DNA from: an uncultured Candidatus Actinomarina sp.
GTDB lineage: Bacteria > Actinomycetota > Acidimicrobiia > Actinomarinales > Actinomarinaceae
DNA: 64,000 nt
Assembly (NCBI GenBank): GCA_902534495.1
Contig: CACAQC010000004.1
Location: 5,657-69,656 of the forward strand
Direction of reading: 5' to 3'
Shown here: piece after piece, positions 1 to 11,391 of the stretch
Numbering within the stretch: position 1 is the first letter of the stretch
How the letters are laid out: every line of letters begins with the position of its first letter
Program-made: the position numbers and the translations under genes
Notes under the pieces: model-generated
Told to the model about the DNA's origin: nothing
The model's input: the letters and a program-made list of their open reading frames with translations, nothing else
The model's database searches: none

Positions 1-720
1 AAGAGTTTGATTGATCCTTGCATTCTCTAAGTGTTTAATAATATTTTTAATTTTTTGAGCTTCTTCATATTGCTGAGAATCCGAAAGCTTTTTCATCTCG
101 TATGTTTTATCATGTATATATTTGTCAGAATTACCTTTATAAAATTCTTTTAAACTATTAAGCATTACATCATATTCAGATTTGCTAACTTTATTAACAC
201 AGGGACCAGAACATTTTTCAATCTCATACAAGAGACACGGTTTACCCATCTTTTGATGATTTTTGTAAGTAGTATCATTACATGTCCTCACCGGGAATAT
301 ATTGATCAGATGGTCTAGTGATCTTTTTGCAGCTCCAATAAATGGAAATGGTCCAAAATTAATATTTTTATTATTTATATTCCTTGTAACTAAAACTCTT
401 GGCCATTCCTCATTAGTGATTGTGATATAAGGATAAGATTTATCATCTTTAAATTGAATATTGTATTTTGGTTTGAATTCTTGAATAAATGAATATTCAG
501 CTAACAATGCATTCGCTTCATTTTGAGAGACTACAAACGATATGGAAAAAGCTTCATTGACTAATCTTTTTACTTTCCAAGATGTACCTTGTCCAAAATA
601 TGAAGGCACTCTTTTTCTTAAATTTTTAGCTTTACCAACATAAAGCGGTTCTTCAAACTTATCCTTAAAAATATAGATTCCAGGCTTTTCAGGAATTTCT
701 TTAGTATCTAACTTATCCAT
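1..720 (-). CDS. uvrC: Excinuclease ABC subunit C, N-terminal 240 codons (continues beyond window start)
   Basis: Not in the ORF track because it runs off the window. My reverse-strand translation from ATG 720-718 gives [38 protein letters not shown]...EFKPKYNIQFKDDKSYPYI...FPVRTC...PCLLYEIEKCSGPCV. This is the GIY-YIG domain plus the Cys-rich region of UvrC. The frame is open to position 1. The start overlaps the uvrA stop by 8 nt. Confidence 0.9.
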   Translation of the reverse strand, partial: MDKLDTKEIPEKPGIYIFKDKFEEPLYVGKAKNLRKRVPSYFGQGTSWKVKRLVNEAFSISFVVSQNEANALLAEYSFIQEFKPKYNIQFKDDKSYPYITITNEEWPRVLVTRNINNKNINFGPFPFIGAAKRSLDHLINIFPVRTCNDTTYKNHQKMGKPCLLYEIEKCSGPCVNKVSKSEYDVMLNSLKEFYKGNSDKYIHDKTYEMKKLSDSQQYEEAQKIKNIIKHLENARINQTL

Positions 721-3526
721 CTAAAATTCCCTTCAAATGCTTTCCAGTTAACGAGCTTTTAATATTTGATATGTTTTCAGGTGTACCTTCCGCTACTACG
801 TTGCCCCCTTTTTCACCGCCTTCAGGTCCAAGATCTATAACCCAGTCTGAATTTTTTATAACATCTAAGTTGTGTTCTATAACTATAACTGTGTTTCCTT
901 TATCCACTAACAAATGTAAAACTTCTAATAACTTTTGAACATCAGCAAAATGAAGTCCTGTAGTTGGTTCGTCTAAAATGTAAACAGTTTTACCTGTTGA
1001 TCTTTTACTTAACTCCTTTGCTAATTTTACTCTCTGAGCTTCTCCTCCTGAAAGGGTGGTTGCGGGTTGGCCAAGCTTTATATATGAAAGTCCTACATCA
1101 TCTAATGTTTTAATTATTCGATAAATTGATGGTTGATTTTCAAAAATATTTAGAGCGCTCTCTACTGTTGAATCTAGAATGTCAGAAATACTGTATCCCT
1201 TCCACCTAATAGATAGTGTTTCTGAGTTATATCTAGTACCCTGGCAATCTTCACACATTACATATATATCTGGTAAAAAATACATTTCAACTTTGATATT
1301 TCCATCACCCTTACAATATTCGCATCTTCCCCCTGGAACATTGAATGAGAATCGTCCTGGTTTATAACCTCGAATTTTTGATTCTTCTGTTAGTGAATAT
1401 AAATTTCTGATTTGATCAAAAACGCTTGAATATGTTGCAGGATTAGATCTAGGTGTCCTACCTATAGGCGACTGATCAATTTCAATTAATTTATCAATAT
1501 TTTCTAGGCCAGAAATACTTTTATGAAGACCAGGAATAATCAAGTTTTTTGAAAACTCATTCTGAATAGATTTTGATAAAATATCAGTTATTAATGTAGA
1601 TTTACCACTTCCAGAAACACCAGTTACAGAAATAAATTGACCCAAAGGAAAATCGACAGTAATATCTTTTAAATTATTTTCTTTGGCTCCTCTGACAGTT
1701 ATTTTTACTCCATTACTTTTTCTTCTTACATTTGGATAAGGTACTGTTTGTTTTCCAGATAAGTACTGTCCAGTGACTGATTTTAAGTTTCCAGAAACTT
1801 TTTTCCAGTCACCTTCGGCTACTATTTCTCCACCTTGCTCGCCTGCTCCCCATCCTATGTCAATAAGGTGGTCGGATGATTTCATCGTTTCTTCATCATG
1901 TTCGACCACTAAGACGGTATTTCCCAAATCTCTTAACCTGATTAATGTGTCAATTAATTTCTTATTATCTGATTGGTGTAGTCCTATTGAAGGCTCATCT
2001 AATACATATAAAACACCTGTGAGACCAGAACCAATTTGTGTTGCAAGTCTTATTCTTTGTGCCTCACCGCCTGATAAAGTGGCTGCTCCTCGACTTAGTT
2101 GTAAATAGCTCAAACCAACTTCATTGAGAAAAGTCAACCTTTCACTTATTTCTCTTAAAATTGGTTCTGCAATTTCTTTGTCATTACCGGTTAATTTAAG
2201 ACTTTTAAAAACTTTAACTGATTCAGAAATAGACAAATTGTTCAATTCCCCTAATGTATAACTCTTAACTTTTACCAATCTAGATCTTGGATTTAATCTT
2301 TCACCGTCACAAACAGAACAGTGCAGTTCCCTCATAAATTGTTTGTAGTAATCTCTAGCTGCCTCTGAATTTGTTTCTTCGTAATTTTTTTTAAATATTG
2401 GGATTATGCCCTTATATGGCTTGTGCCAGATTCTTGAGTTACCAAATCTATTTACATATCGAATAACAGTACTCTCTCCATTTGAACCATGAAGAAGGAT
2501 ATCTTTTTGTTTTCTTGACAAATTCTTATAAGGTTGATCAGTTGGGATTCCAAAATGTTCACATACACCGTGGATTTGAGCCCTAAAATATTTTCTTGTA
2601 GACATATCTGGAAAGACATTTTCATTAATTGATAAACTAATATCTTTAATTAATAGTTGCTCATCAATCTCATAACTTACACCTAGACCATTACATGATT
2701 CACAAGCTCCAAAGGGTGAATTGAATGAAAAATCTCTTGGTTCTAGCTTATCGAATGACAATCCACATTTAATACATCCCAAATTTTGGCTAAATGAATA
2801 AATTTTATTTTCAAAACTTACATCAACTAAGCCAGAGGTCAAATCTAATGCAGTTTCAACTGATTGAGGCAACCTTCTACCAGGTGTTTTTTTTATTTTA
2901 ATTCTGTCAATCACTACCGAAATATCATGATTGAAGTATCTATCAAGTCTTTTAGCCTCGTCTAATCTTATTATCTCACCATCAACTAAGACTCTTGAAA
3001 ATCCTTGTGATTGTAAATCTTTAAATAATGTTTCAAATTCTCCTTTTCTTGATTTCACAACTGGTGCGAGAATATCAATACTGGAGTTTTCTCCGAATTC
3101 CATAATTTGATTCACTATAAAATTTACAGATTGTTTTTCAATTTTATTATTACATTGAGGACAATAACTCACTCCAATACGTGCCCAAAGTAATCTTAAA
3201 TAGTCATGGACCTCAGTTACAGTTCCTACTGTAGATCTTGGACTTCTGGAGGAAGTCTTTTGATCTATAGCAATTGCCGGTGAAAGGCCGTCGATACTTT
3301 CAACATTGGGTTTTTCCATTTGGCCTAGAAATTGCCTTGCATATGCAGATAAACTTTCAACATAACGCCTTTGACCCTCTGCATAAATAGTATCAAATGC
3401 CAATGAAGATTTTCCCGAACCAGACAATCCAGTAATTACTACAAGTTTATTTTTTGGGATATCTACAGAAATATTTTTTAAATTATGTTCTCGAGCCCCT
3501 CTGACTTTTAAAATATCTTCTTTCAT
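713..3526 (-). CDS. uvrA: Excinuclease ABC subunit A
   Basis: 937 aa. Two ABC modules (GLSGSGKSS and GVSGSGKST Walker A; two LSGGE signatures) and CxxC zinc modules ([17 protein letters not shown]). Confidence 0.97.
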   Translation of the reverse strand: MKEDILKVRGAREHNLKNISVDIPKNKLVVITGLSGSGKSSLAFDTIYAEGQRRYVESLSAYARQFLGQMEKPNVESIDGLSPAIAIDQKTSSRSPRSTVGTVTEVHDYLRLLWARIGVSYCPQCNNKIEKQSVNFIVNQIMEFGENSSIDILAPVVKSRKGEFETLFKDLQSQGFSRVLVDGEIIRLDEAKRLDRYFNHDISVVIDRIKIKKTPGRRLPQSVETALDLTSGLVDVSFENKIYSFSQNLGCIKCGLSFDKLEPRDFSFNSPFGACESCNGLGVSYEIDEQLLIKDISLSINENVFPDMSTRKYFRAQIHGVCEHFGIPTDQPYKNLSRKQKDILLHGSNGESTVIRYVNRFGNSRIWHKPYKGIIPIFKKNYEETNSEAARDYYKQFMRELHCSVCDGERLNPRSRLVKVKSYTLGELNNLSISESVKVFKSLKLTGNDKEIAEPILREISERLTFLNEVGLSYLQLSRGAATLSGGEAQRIRLATQIGSGLTGVLYVLDEPSIGLHQSDNKKLIDTLIRLRDLGNTVLVVEHDEETMKSSDHLIDIGWGAGEQGGEIVAEGDWKKVSGNLKSVTGQYLSGKQTVPYPNVRRKSNGVKITVRGAKENNLKDITVDFPLGQFISVTGVSGSGKSTLITDILSKSIQNEFSKNLIIPGLHKSISGLENIDKLIEIDQSPIGRTPRSNPATYSSVFDQIRNLYSLTEESKIRGYKPGRFSFNVPGGRCEYCKGDGNIKVEMYFLPDIYVMCEDCQGTRYNSETLSIRWKGYSISDILDSTVESALNIFENQPSIYRIIKTLDDVGLSYIKLGQPATTLSGGEAQRVKLAKELSKRSTGKTVYILDEPTTGLHFADVQKLLEVLHLLVDKGNTVIVIEHNLDVIKNSDWVIDLGPEGGEKGGNVVAEGTPENISNIKSSLTGKHLKGILDG

Positions 3527-5520
3527 TCTGACAATTCTTGAATTTCTTTTTTTAATTCCTTTAATTCGTCTCTTAATCTAGCAGCAAGTTCAAATTCTAA
3601 GAAATCGGCTGCAGATTTCATTTCTTTTTCAATAGTTTTTGATAATTTTATTAGATCACCTTTTGAAGCATCGGTTATGTTCATTGAGGATTTGTTAAGG
3701 CTCTTACCTGTTTTATTTCTATTTTTCTCAACAATTTCCAAAATGTCAGTTATTTCTTTTTGTATGGTCTTGGGAGTAATGTTGTTTTTAATGTTATGAT
3801 TTTTTTGTAAGTTTCTTCTTCTTTCTGTTTCACCGATTGCATTGCTCATTGAATCAGTTATTTTGTCAGCATACATGATTACATACCCATCTTGATTCCG
3901 AGCAGCTCTTCCTATAGTTTGGATTAAGCTAGTTTCAGATCTTAAAAAGCCTTCTTTATCTGCATCTAAAATGGCCACTAGTTGTACTTCTGGCAAGTCA
4001 AGGCCCTCCCTTAGTAAATTAATGCCAACTAATACGTCAAAATCTCCTCTTCTTAAATCTCTAAGAATTTCAATTCTTTCCAAAGTATCAATATCCGAAT
4101 GAAGATATCTTGTCTTGACACCTGCATTTATTAGATAATCACTTAAAGCCTCACTCATTTTTTTTGTCAATGTTGTGACAAGAACTCTATTACCATTTTC
4201 AACTACAGAATTTATCTCCTCTAAAAGATCTTGAATCTGATTATTTGTAGATTTAATTTTTACTTTAGGGTCTAATAAACCAGTTGGTCTAATCACTTGC
4301 TCAATGAAATTTTCAGAATTTTCATTTTCCCATTTTCCAGGTGTTGCAGACACTAACACTGCTTTATTTACTCTTTCTTTCCATTCATCAAATTTAAGTG
4401 GTCTATTGTCAAGAGCAGAAGGCAATCTAAAGCCATAATCAACTAGTGTAGATTTTCTTGATTTATCACCTTCATACTGTCCACGTATCTGCGGTATTGC
4501 AATATGGCTTTCATCTACAACCATTAAAAATTCATCTGGAAAAAAATCAAGTAGAGTAAAAGGCGGTTCCCCTGGATTTCTACCATCAAAATATCTTGAA
4601 TAATTTTCAATTCCGGAACATACTCCAAGTTCAGTGAGCATTTCTAAATCATATTTTGTTCTTTGTTCAATCCTTTGAGCCTCGAGAAGTTTGTTTTCGG
4701 ATTTAAACTTAGCAACTTGTGTCTCCATGTCATTTTCAATTTCTTTCAATGCATTTTTTCTCGACTCATCTGAGATGACATAATGAGATGCTGGTAATAT
4801 TGCTAATTCAGTAAGTTTTTCAATTATTTCACCGGTTATTGGGTCAATTCTTGATATGTTCTCTATTTCATCACCAAAAAATTCGATTCTAAATATCGTC
4901 TCTTCGTAGACTGGAAATATATCTAATGTATCGCCTTTTAGTCTGAAGGCTCCTCTGTCTACGACTAAATCATTTCTAATATATTGTTGTTTAACTAATT
5001 TGATTAATAGTTCTTCTATATCAAAAACTTCACCCTTAATTATTGGTATTAACTTATTTTTATATTCAATTGGGGAACCAAGTCCATAAATGCATGAAAC
5101 AGATGAAACAACAATTACATCATCACGTAACAAAAGTGCACTAGTTGCTGAATGTCTTAATCTATCGATTTCTTCATTTATAGTTGCGTCTTTTTCGATA
5201 AAAGTATCTGAACGGGGTACATATGCTTCGGGTTGGTAATAGTCATAGTAAGAAACAAAATATTCAACTCTATTATTTGGAAAAAATTGTTTAAACTCAT
5301 TTGCTAATTGTGCAGCAAGCGCTTTGTTAGGTGCTAAAACCAGTGAAGGAAGTTGAGTTTGTTCAATCAACCAAGCAATTGTTGCAGACTTACCCGAACC
5401 GGTAATTCCCTTTAGAGTTTGAAAAGTATTTCCACTAGCAATTCCATTTTTTAATTCTTTAATAGCATTAGGTTGGTCGCCTTTAGGAGAAAATTCAGAA
5501 ATTACTTCAAATTTGTTCAT
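3523..5520 (-). CDS. uvrB: Excinuclease ABC subunit B
   Basis: 665 aa. GITGSGKS Walker A, VVDESH helicase box and a C-terminal UVR coiled-coil ([15 protein letters not shown]). The stop overlaps the uvrA start by 4 nt. Confidence 0.97.
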   Translation of the reverse strand: MNKFEVISEFSPKGDQPNAIKELKNGIASGNTFQTLKGITGSGKSATIAWLIEQTQLPSLVLAPNKALAAQLANEFKQFFPNNRVEYFVSYYDYYQPEAYVPRSDTFIEKDATINEEIDRLRHSATSALLLRDDVIVVSSVSCIYGLGSPIEYKNKLIPIIKGEVFDIEELLIKLVKQQYIRNDLVVDRGAFRLKGDTLDIFPVYEETIFRIEFFGDEIENISRIDPITGEIIEKLTELAILPASHYVISDESRKNALKEIENDMETQVAKFKSENKLLEAQRIEQRTKYDLEMLTELGVCSGIENYSRYFDGRNPGEPPFTLLDFFPDEFLMVVDESHIAIPQIRGQYEGDKSRKSTLVDYGFRLPSALDNRPLKFDEWKERVNKAVLVSATPGKWENENSENFIEQVIRPTGLLDPKVKIKSTNNQIQDLLEEINSVVENGNRVLVTTLTKKMSEALSDYLINAGVKTRYLHSDIDTLERIEILRDLRRGDFDVLVGINLLREGLDLPEVQLVAILDADKEGFLRSETSLIQTIGRAARNQDGYVIMYADKITDSMSNAIGETERRRNLQKNHNIKNNITPKTIQKEITDILEIVEKNRNKTGKSLNKSSMNITDASKGDLIKLSKTIEKEMKSAADFLEFELAARLRDELKELKKEIQELSE

Positions 5521-6064
5521 TTATATATTTATCAATTTCTTGCTCTAAAGAAGTATGTGAATTGTTTATAATAACATGACCTAAACTGTTCCACCAATCT
5601 TCATTTTGTTGTGTTTGAATTCTATTTTTAATATCATTTAATTTCATGTCTCTATCCAGTAATCTTTCTATTCTTACTGCTTCAGGTGTACTAATTACCA
5701 AACATTCAAAATCTTTGTGTATATTTTTTGGAGCTGATACTTCAACAAAGAGTACCCCGTCAATTTTTGCGGCTAGTTGTTGGAATTCTATTAAAATTTT
5801 CGGATGAAGATATTCTTCTAATGTTTTCAATTTATCATTATCATTAAAAACAATATCTGCAAGAGAGTCCTTATCTAATTTTTGGTTTTTTATAACACCA
5901 GGAAAATTCGTATCTAAAAATTTTATTGACTCATTTGAGTTGATTATTTCGTTTGAGATCTTATCAAGATCTAAGGTTTGAAAACCTTTCTTCCTTAGAT
6001 ATTCAATCGTTGTACTTTTTCCACTACCAATTGGACCAGTTACAATTATTATTTTTTTTGCCAT
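5507..6064 (-). CDS. coaE: Dephospho-CoA kinase (short form, no C-terminal extension domain)
   Basis: 185 aa. The IIVTGPIGSGKST P-loop sits at the N-terminus. The position between rpsA and uvrB is as in Actinobacteria. Confidence 0.85.
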   Translation of the reverse strand: MAKKIIIVTGPIGSGKSTTIEYLRKKGFQTLDLDKISNEIINSNESIKFLDTNFPGVIKNQKLDKDSLADIVFNDNDKLKTLEEYLHPKILIEFQQLAAKIDGVLFVEVSAPKNIHKDFECLVISTPEAVRIERLLDRDMKLNDIKNRIQTQQNEDWWNSLGHVIINNSHTSLEQEIDKYINEQI

Positions 6065-6095
6065 ACTTAAAGATTAAGCTTAAAAAAAAATAAGA

Positions 6096-7364
6096 TTAAG
6101 AGTTTCCTATTCCTCTCTCTTTCAGTTCTTGAAGGATATTTTCTAAAGACTCGTCAACGCCTTCAACTGTTTGTCTTTTCGGTGCAGAATCTTCAGTTGC
6201 ACTAGAGTGCGTTTTTGGAGTATTTTTATCTGATTCTACTTCTTTCCAATTTGGATCTGCTTGTTTGATTGATAAATTAACTCTTCTCTTTTCAATATCT
6301 AATTCGGTTATTTTAATTTGAACTTTTTGACCAAGAGCTAAAGCGAGTTCTGGGGAATCAACTTTCTCACTTGAAATCTCAGATACATGAACTAGTCCTT
6401 CCACACCTTTTCCAATAGTTACAAATGCACCAAAAGGTACAACTTTAGTAACTTCGCCTTCAACTACGTCTCCTTCTTTATAATGAAGTTCAAAATCTAA
6501 CCATGGATCTTCTTTGACTTGCTTTATTGATAAAGATATTCTTTCTTTATCATTATCGATTTCCAAAACTTTTATTGTGACAGAATCTCCAACTTTTACA
6601 ATCTCATTTGGGTTTTCGACATGCCTCCAAGACAATTCTGAAACGTGTACTAATCCGTCCATACCACCGATATCAACAAAAGCGCCAAAGCTCACTATAG
6701 ATGAAATTTTTCCTTCTTTGATGTCACCAACTTGAAGATCATCTAAAAACCCTTGTCTTTCTTCTGACATTTCTTCTTCTAGGTGAGCTTTTCTAGATAA
6801 AACAATATTGTTTCTTTGTCTGTCAAGTTCTAAAATTTTTGCTTCTATTTCTTCACCAATATATGAAGAAAGTTCTTTTACTCTTCTAACGTCAATCAAT
6901 GAAGCTGGTAAAAAACCTCTCACACCGATATCTACGATTAGACCACCTTTGACTGATTCAATAACTGTTCCTTTTATAGATTTCTTGTTGTCTGATATTT
7001 CTTGAATGTCTCCCCACGCTTTTTCATAGACCGCTCTTTTGACGGAAAGAATTAGTCTCCCTTCATCATCTTCTTTGTCCAAAACTAAAGCTTGGATTTT
7101 GTCACCTTCTTTTACTATTTCTTTAGGATTGACACCTTTTCTTACTGAAAGCTCTCTTGATGGAATAACACCTTCTGACTTATAACCAACATCAACCATA
7201 ACTTCATTTCTGTCAACTCTTACAATTGTCCCTTCAATAACATCACCATCGTTGAAAGATACTAAAGTTTGCTCAAGAAGCTCCGGAAAATCCTCAGGTT
7301 TTATATCATCTGGAAGAGACACTACGTTGGATGGCGCTGAAGCCTCATCGCTATTACTTACCAT
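6096..7364 (-). CDS. rpsA: 30S ribosomal protein S1
   Basis: 422 aa with four repeated S1 domains (GxVxxVxxFGAFVxIG type, e.g. KVVPFGAFVTIGKGVEGLVHVSE). Confidence 0.95.
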   Translation of the reverse strand: MVSNSDEASAPSNVVSLPDDIKPEDFPELLEQTLVSFNDGDVIEGTIVRVDRNEVMVDVGYKSEGVIPSRELSVRKGVNPKEIVKEGDKIQALVLDKEDDEGRLILSVKRAVYEKAWGDIQEISDNKKSIKGTVIESVKGGLIVDIGVRGFLPASLIDVRRVKELSSYIGEEIEAKILELDRQRNNIVLSRKAHLEEEMSEERQGFLDDLQVGDIKEGKISSIVSFGAFVDIGGMDGLVHVSELSWRHVENPNEIVKVGDSVTIKVLEIDNDKERISLSIKQVKEDPWLDFELHYKEGDVVEGEVTKVVPFGAFVTIGKGVEGLVHVSEISSEKVDSPELALALGQKVQIKITELDIEKRRVNLSIKQADPNWKEVESDKNTPKTHSSATEDSAPKRQTVEGVDESLENILQELKERGIGNS

Positions 7365-7429
7365 TATTTAATTTTTTTCCAATCATAGTGCTGCGTCAAT
7401 AAGAATAACATATCTGAGTTTTTTACAAA

Positions 7430-9928
7430 CTAATTATTAAAATTTGCGAGTGATTCAGAAACTTTAGTATTTACAAATAAAGGGACATCTAATTTCATAG
7501 CTTTTTCCATTTCAGAAATAATAATTTTTTCTACTTTGGAACTTAATGAATTCTTGGTTTCAATAATGATTTCGTCATGTATCTGTAAAAGTAATTGTGT
7601 TTGGTCTAATTCTTTTATTTTATGCAAAACTTTGATCATCGCAATTTTCATGATATCTGCAGCAGTACCCTGAATTGGTGCATTCATAGCAATTCTTTTT
7701 CCTGCAGCTTTAACTTGAAAATTTGCTGAATTTAGTTCACGAATATATCTTTTTCTACCAATTAGAGTTTCTGTAAATGAGTCTTTTGTTGCTTTTAAGA
7801 CTATATTATCTAAAAACCCTTTAATCTCAGGAAATTGAGAAAAATAAGATTCAATTAATTGTGAAGCTTCTTTTTGTTCGATATCTAAACTTTTCGAAAG
7901 TCCAAAAGCTTCCATTCCGTAAATTAAGCCAAAATTTACTTCTTTTGCTTTTCTTCTCATGTCTGAAGTAACATCCCCTATTGGTACATTAAATATTCGA
8001 GAAGCAGTTTCAGAATGTATATCTGATTTTTTATTTTTCAATATTTCAATCATTGTAGAATCTTGACTCAAATGAGCAAGAACCCTCAACTCTATTTGAG
8101 AATAATCAGCAATAATGAATGAAAAATTAGGTTTGCTTATAAAGAAATCTCTTATTTTTTGACCCAATTCTGTCTTGTTTGGAATATTTTGTAAGTTTGG
8201 TTTTTCTGATGACAATCTTCCTGTTGCTGTTCCAAATAAATTGAAGTGAGTGTGGATTTTATTATGTTTAGTTACTTCCGGAATTAAACCATCAACATAT
8301 GTTGATCTAATCTTTTCTAATTCTCTATATTTTAAAATATATTTTGGTAAGTCATGTTCTTTTGATAATTCCTCTAAAACAGAAGCATCTGTAGACGGCG
8401 CTCCTTTAGGTGTTTTTTTAAGAACTGGAAAATTCATTTCATTATAAAATATTTCAGAAAGTTGTTTTGGAGAATTTAAGTTAAATTCTTGATTTGTAAT
8501 CTTAAAACATTTATTGCTTAAAGATTCTAATTCTTTAGATAATTGTTTTGATAGTTTTTTCATTTTGGGTAATGAAACAGATATACCGTCCTTTTCCATT
8601 AAAGACAATATATCTAACATTGGAAAATCTATATCCTTGTATATCTGGAAAAGTTTTCTATCTTTTTTAAAGTCACTGAATTGTTTTTTTATATTATCAA
8701 AATTAATTTGAAAAAATAATAGATATTCACTCAGATTAGATTTTTTATTTATTTCAGAATATTTATCAATGTAAGAAACAATATTTAATAGATTGTCTGG
8801 TTTAATGCTTGGATCAATTAAAAACAAACAACAATCAAAAGCTAAGAATCTTTCAATATCAAGCTCAAATTCTGAATTTAAAGCAAATGTTTGTGATGAC
8901 ATTGAAATCACATTATTAAATTGTTCTAATGATTTAAATTCACCAAATGAATTATTAGTCACAAAGTAATTTTTATTTTCAAAATTAAAAATTATACTTT
9001 CATCAGCAATTTTTTCTTTAATAAGTACAATTTCTAGTTCTTCAGAATTATTAATTTGAGTAGTATCTTTTCTTTCACCTAAAAATCTTGTCAGCTCATA
9101 TTTCATAATTTCATCTTTTGCATTATCAAGTACTTCCTCATTAAAAAAAATAGAATCTTTTATTTTTGTTTCAGGTAGATTAATGTCTAAATCTCTTTTT
9201 ATTGTTGCAAGATCCTTGCTAAGCATCAGCAAATCTTTGTTTTCTTGGAACGTATCTCTTAATTTTGGTGTTAAGTCATCAAGATTCTTATATATATTTT
9301 CTATATTTTCATAATCAGAAAGTAAATTAATTGCTGTTTTTTCACCGACTCCTGGCAGTCCTGGGATGTTGTCTGATGAATCACCTTTTAATCCTAAATA
9401 TTCAATATATTGTGAAGTTGAAATTTGATATTTTTCTTCAAACTCCGCTTTACCAAATCTCTCAACTTCTGAAATTCCTCTTTTTGTGTAAAGTACATTT
9501 GTTTTATCACCTATTAGCTGAAAAGAATCTCTATCTCCAGTAACTATTAAAACCTCTTCATTATTGTCATTGAAACTTTTTGAAAGTGTCCCAAGTACAT
9601 CATCTGCTTCATAGCCTTCTACAGACACTTGTGGAATATTGAATTTTTCTATTAATTTTTGTAAAACTTTTACTTGTACCTTGAATTCATCAGGAGCAGA
9701 TTTTCTATTTCCTTTGTAATCTTTATATAAATCTGTTCTAAAAGTTTTTTTTGAGACATCCCATGTAATTATTAATTTATCTGTATCAAAATCTTTTATG
9801 ATTTTAGAAATCATCATCAAGAAGCCGTGAATTACATTGGTAGGAAATCCTTCTTTTGTAACAAGAGAATCTGGAAGTGCATAAAATGCTCTAAAAGCAA
9901 TGCTATGACCATCTATAAGAATTACCAC
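7430..9928 (-). CDS. polA: DNA polymerase I
   Basis: 832 aa. N-terminal 5' nuclease (LIDGHSIAFRAFYALP, GDRDSFQL); polymerase motifs DYSQIELRVLAHLS and QIHDEIIIE. Confidence 0.95.
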   Translation of the reverse strand: MVILIDGHSIAFRAFYALPDSLVTKEGFPTNVIHGFLMMISKIIKDFDTDKLIITWDVSKKTFRTDLYKDYKGNRKSAPDEFKVQVKVLQKLIEKFNIPQVSVEGYEADDVLGTLSKSFNDNNEEVLIVTGDRDSFQLIGDKTNVLYTKRGISEVERFGKAEFEEKYQISTSQYIEYLGLKGDSSDNIPGLPGVGEKTAINLLSDYENIENIYKNLDDLTPKLRDTFQENKDLLMLSKDLATIKRDLDINLPETKIKDSIFFNEEVLDNAKDEIMKYELTRFLGERKDTTQINNSEELEIVLIKEKIADESIIFNFENKNYFVTNNSFGEFKSLEQFNNVISMSSQTFALNSEFELDIERFLAFDCCLFLIDPSIKPDNLLNIVSYIDKYSEINKKSNLSEYLLFFQINFDNIKKQFSDFKKDRKLFQIYKDIDFPMLDILSLMEKDGISVSLPKMKKLSKQLSKELESLSNKCFKITNQEFNLNSPKQLSEIFYNEMNFPVLKKTPKGAPSTDASVLEELSKEHDLPKYILKYRELEKIRSTYVDGLIPEVTKHNKIHTHFNLFGTATGRLSSEKPNLQNIPNKTELGQKIRDFFISKPNFSFIIADYSQIELRVLAHLSQDSTMIEILKNKKSDIHSETASRIFNVPIGDVTSDMRRKAKEVNFGLIYGMEAFGLSKSLDIEQKEASQLIESYFSQFPEIKGFLDNIVLKATKDSFTETLIGRKRYIRELNSANFQVKAAGKRIAMNAPIQGTAADIMKIAMIKVLHKIKELDQTQLLLQIHDEIIIETKNSLSSKVEKIIISEMEKAMKLDVPLFVNTKVSESLANFNN

Positions 9929-9993
9929 AGTATTATTGTAAACTTATAAAAATTTTCTCTCATTCATCTTGATATGAATATAATCCTTATAAA

Positions 9994-10075
9994 GCCCGGA
10001 TGGCGGAATTGGCAGACGCGCTGGATTCAAAATCCAGTATCTTCGGATGTGGGGGTTCGACTCCCCCTCCGGGTA
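9994..10075 (+). tRNA. tRNA-Leu (anticodon CAA), class II with long variable arm; CCA not encoded
   Basis: Hand-folded. Acceptor GCCCGGA/TCCGGGT (one G-U pair); anticodon stem CTGGA/TCCAG with loop TTCAAAA; variable arm ATC-TTCG-GAT; T arm GGGGG-TTCGACT-CCCCC; discriminator A. Confidence 0.9.
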
Positions 10076-10117
10076 CTTGTTTATAAAAGTAAATCTGAGA
10101 ACGGCTAATAATATAAT

Positions 10118-10495
10118 ATGAACGATAAAACTCTGATCTCTTTTATAGTTATTTTTATTATTTCTGTAATCAGTTTTATAAGTTACAGTACTTTTAATTC
10201 TGAAACATTTGGTGATGAGTTTATTAATCAAGTCAGAATTGCCGATAGCGAAGATACGTTAAATGAACTAGATGATTCTGATTTAATTAATCTGGGTAAA
10301 GAAATCTGTCTTAATGCAGAAAAGTGGATTAATGAAAATGCTTCTATTGAAATAATCACATCACAAATTAATAATTACGGTTTATCAATTAATAAGGATG
10401 ACCGCATTGTGCCTATATTAAGATTCCAATCTACTTACGAGCTATGTCCTGAAAATATATCTCAACTTGAGAACCTTTTTATAAATAATGAATAA
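10118..10495 (+). CDS. Small secreted or membrane-anchored protein, DUF732-like (two conserved Cys)
   Basis: 125 aa with an N-terminal hydrophobic helix. The pattern GKEICLNAE...STYELCPEN resembles the actinobacterial DUF732 two-Cys pattern. Assignment is from memory of the family, not a search. Confidence 0.4.
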   Translation: MNDKTLISFIVIFIISVISFISYSTFNSETFGDEFINQVRIADSEDTLNELDDSDLINLGKEICLNAEKWINENASIEIITSQINNYGLSINKDDRIVPILRFQSTYELCPENISQLENLFINNE

Positions 10496-11084
10496 AAGAG
10501 CTATCAACAGACTTCCACAACTAATGATAGGTTTGTTTCTTTGTGGAATGGGTTTGGGATTCACAATTGAAGCTAACCTAGGTTTAAATCCATGGGATGT
10601 TTTTCATGATGGTTTTAGTAAATTAATAAATGTAAAAATTGGTCAAGCATCCGTTATTACTGGATTTATTGTCTTGTTAGGATGGATACCTTTAAAACAA
10701 AAACCATTCATTGGAACAATTTTAAATATTTTAACTATAGGAAATGTTACTGACTTGACTATGTATTACATTCAGAGTCCAGATGACTTAATTATAAAAA
10801 TTGCATACCTTGTATTTGGAACTATTTGTTTTGGTATAGGAATTGGTATATATGTCGGTTCAGGACTTGGACCGGGACCAAGAGATGGGATTATGGTAGG
10901 TGTTTCAAGACTTGGTCCAAGCATAAGGGCAACAAGGATTGTAATTGACTTTACTGCATTTATAACTGGGGTTGCTCTTGGAGGATCTTTTGGATTAGGG
11001 ACTGTGTTTATGGTTGTAAGTATTGGACCAATAGTTCAAGTATCTTTAAAAAAATTTGATAGAGGAGCTATTTTTTCACTTTAG
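10488..11084 (+). CDS. YczE/YitT-like integral membrane protein
   Basis: 198 aa, multi-TM. The N-terminal RLPQLMIGLFLCGMGLGFTIEANLGLNPWDVF is typical of the YczE family. Confidence 0.6.
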   Translation: MNKRAINRLPQLMIGLFLCGMGLGFTIEANLGLNPWDVFHDGFSKLINVKIGQASVITGFIVLLGWIPLKQKPFIGTILNILTIGNVTDLTMYYIQSPDDLIIKIAYLVFGTICFGIGIGIYVGSGLGPGPRDGIMVGVSRLGPSIRATRIVIDFTAFITGVALGGSFGLGTVFMVVSIGPIVQVSLKKFDRGAIFSL

Positions 11085-11385
11085 CTATTAAAGACTTTTG
11101 ATTTATTTCTTTTGGATCTTTAGCTCTTAGCTTTGCCTGAAAATAAATAAGTCTTCTTACTGAAGATATAAAATCAAATTTATTGATTTGAGCTTTTTGT
11201 GATAAATCTTCAACTTTATTCCACTTATAATTATTAAGATCAAAGACAATAGAATCTACTGAAATAATATATTCTGTATTTTTTATTAAAGATTTACATT
11301 TAATTGAGCAAACAAAATATTTTTCAGAAACTTGTTTGTGTAAAACGCGACCACAATAACTACACCTAGATTTATTTGCAACCAT
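11068..11385 (-). CDS. Hypothetical small protein with N-terminal CxxC...CSxxC zinc-ribbon-like motif
   Basis: 105 aa with CSYCGRVLHKQVSEKYFVCSIKC at the N-terminus. No family confidently recognised. Confidence 0.4.
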   Translation of the reverse strand: MVANKSRCSYCGRVLHKQVSEKYFVCSIKCKSLIKNTEYIISVDSIVFDLNNYKWNKVEDLSQKAQINKFDFISSVRRLIYFQAKLRAKDPKEINQKSLIAKVKK

Positions 11386-11391
11386 ATAATT

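Noticed and set aside
1179-2108. Plus-strand ORFs (62 and 111 aa) inside uvrA
   Set aside because: They lie entirely antisense to a well-supported 937-aa gene. Their composition is low-complexity and Ser/Pro-rich, typical of shadow ORFs.
6514-7005. Plus-strand ORFs (73 and 65 aa) inside rpsA
   Set aside because: Antisense shadow ORFs within a highly conserved gene.
8250-9543. Three plus-strand ORFs (65-70 aa) inside polA
   Set aside because: Antisense shadow ORFs with no motifs.
9944-10231. 95-aa minus-strand ORF
   Set aside because: It overlaps the tRNA-Leu gene on the opposite strand. Its 'conserved-looking' GESNPH.. segment is simply the antisense translation of the tRNA.
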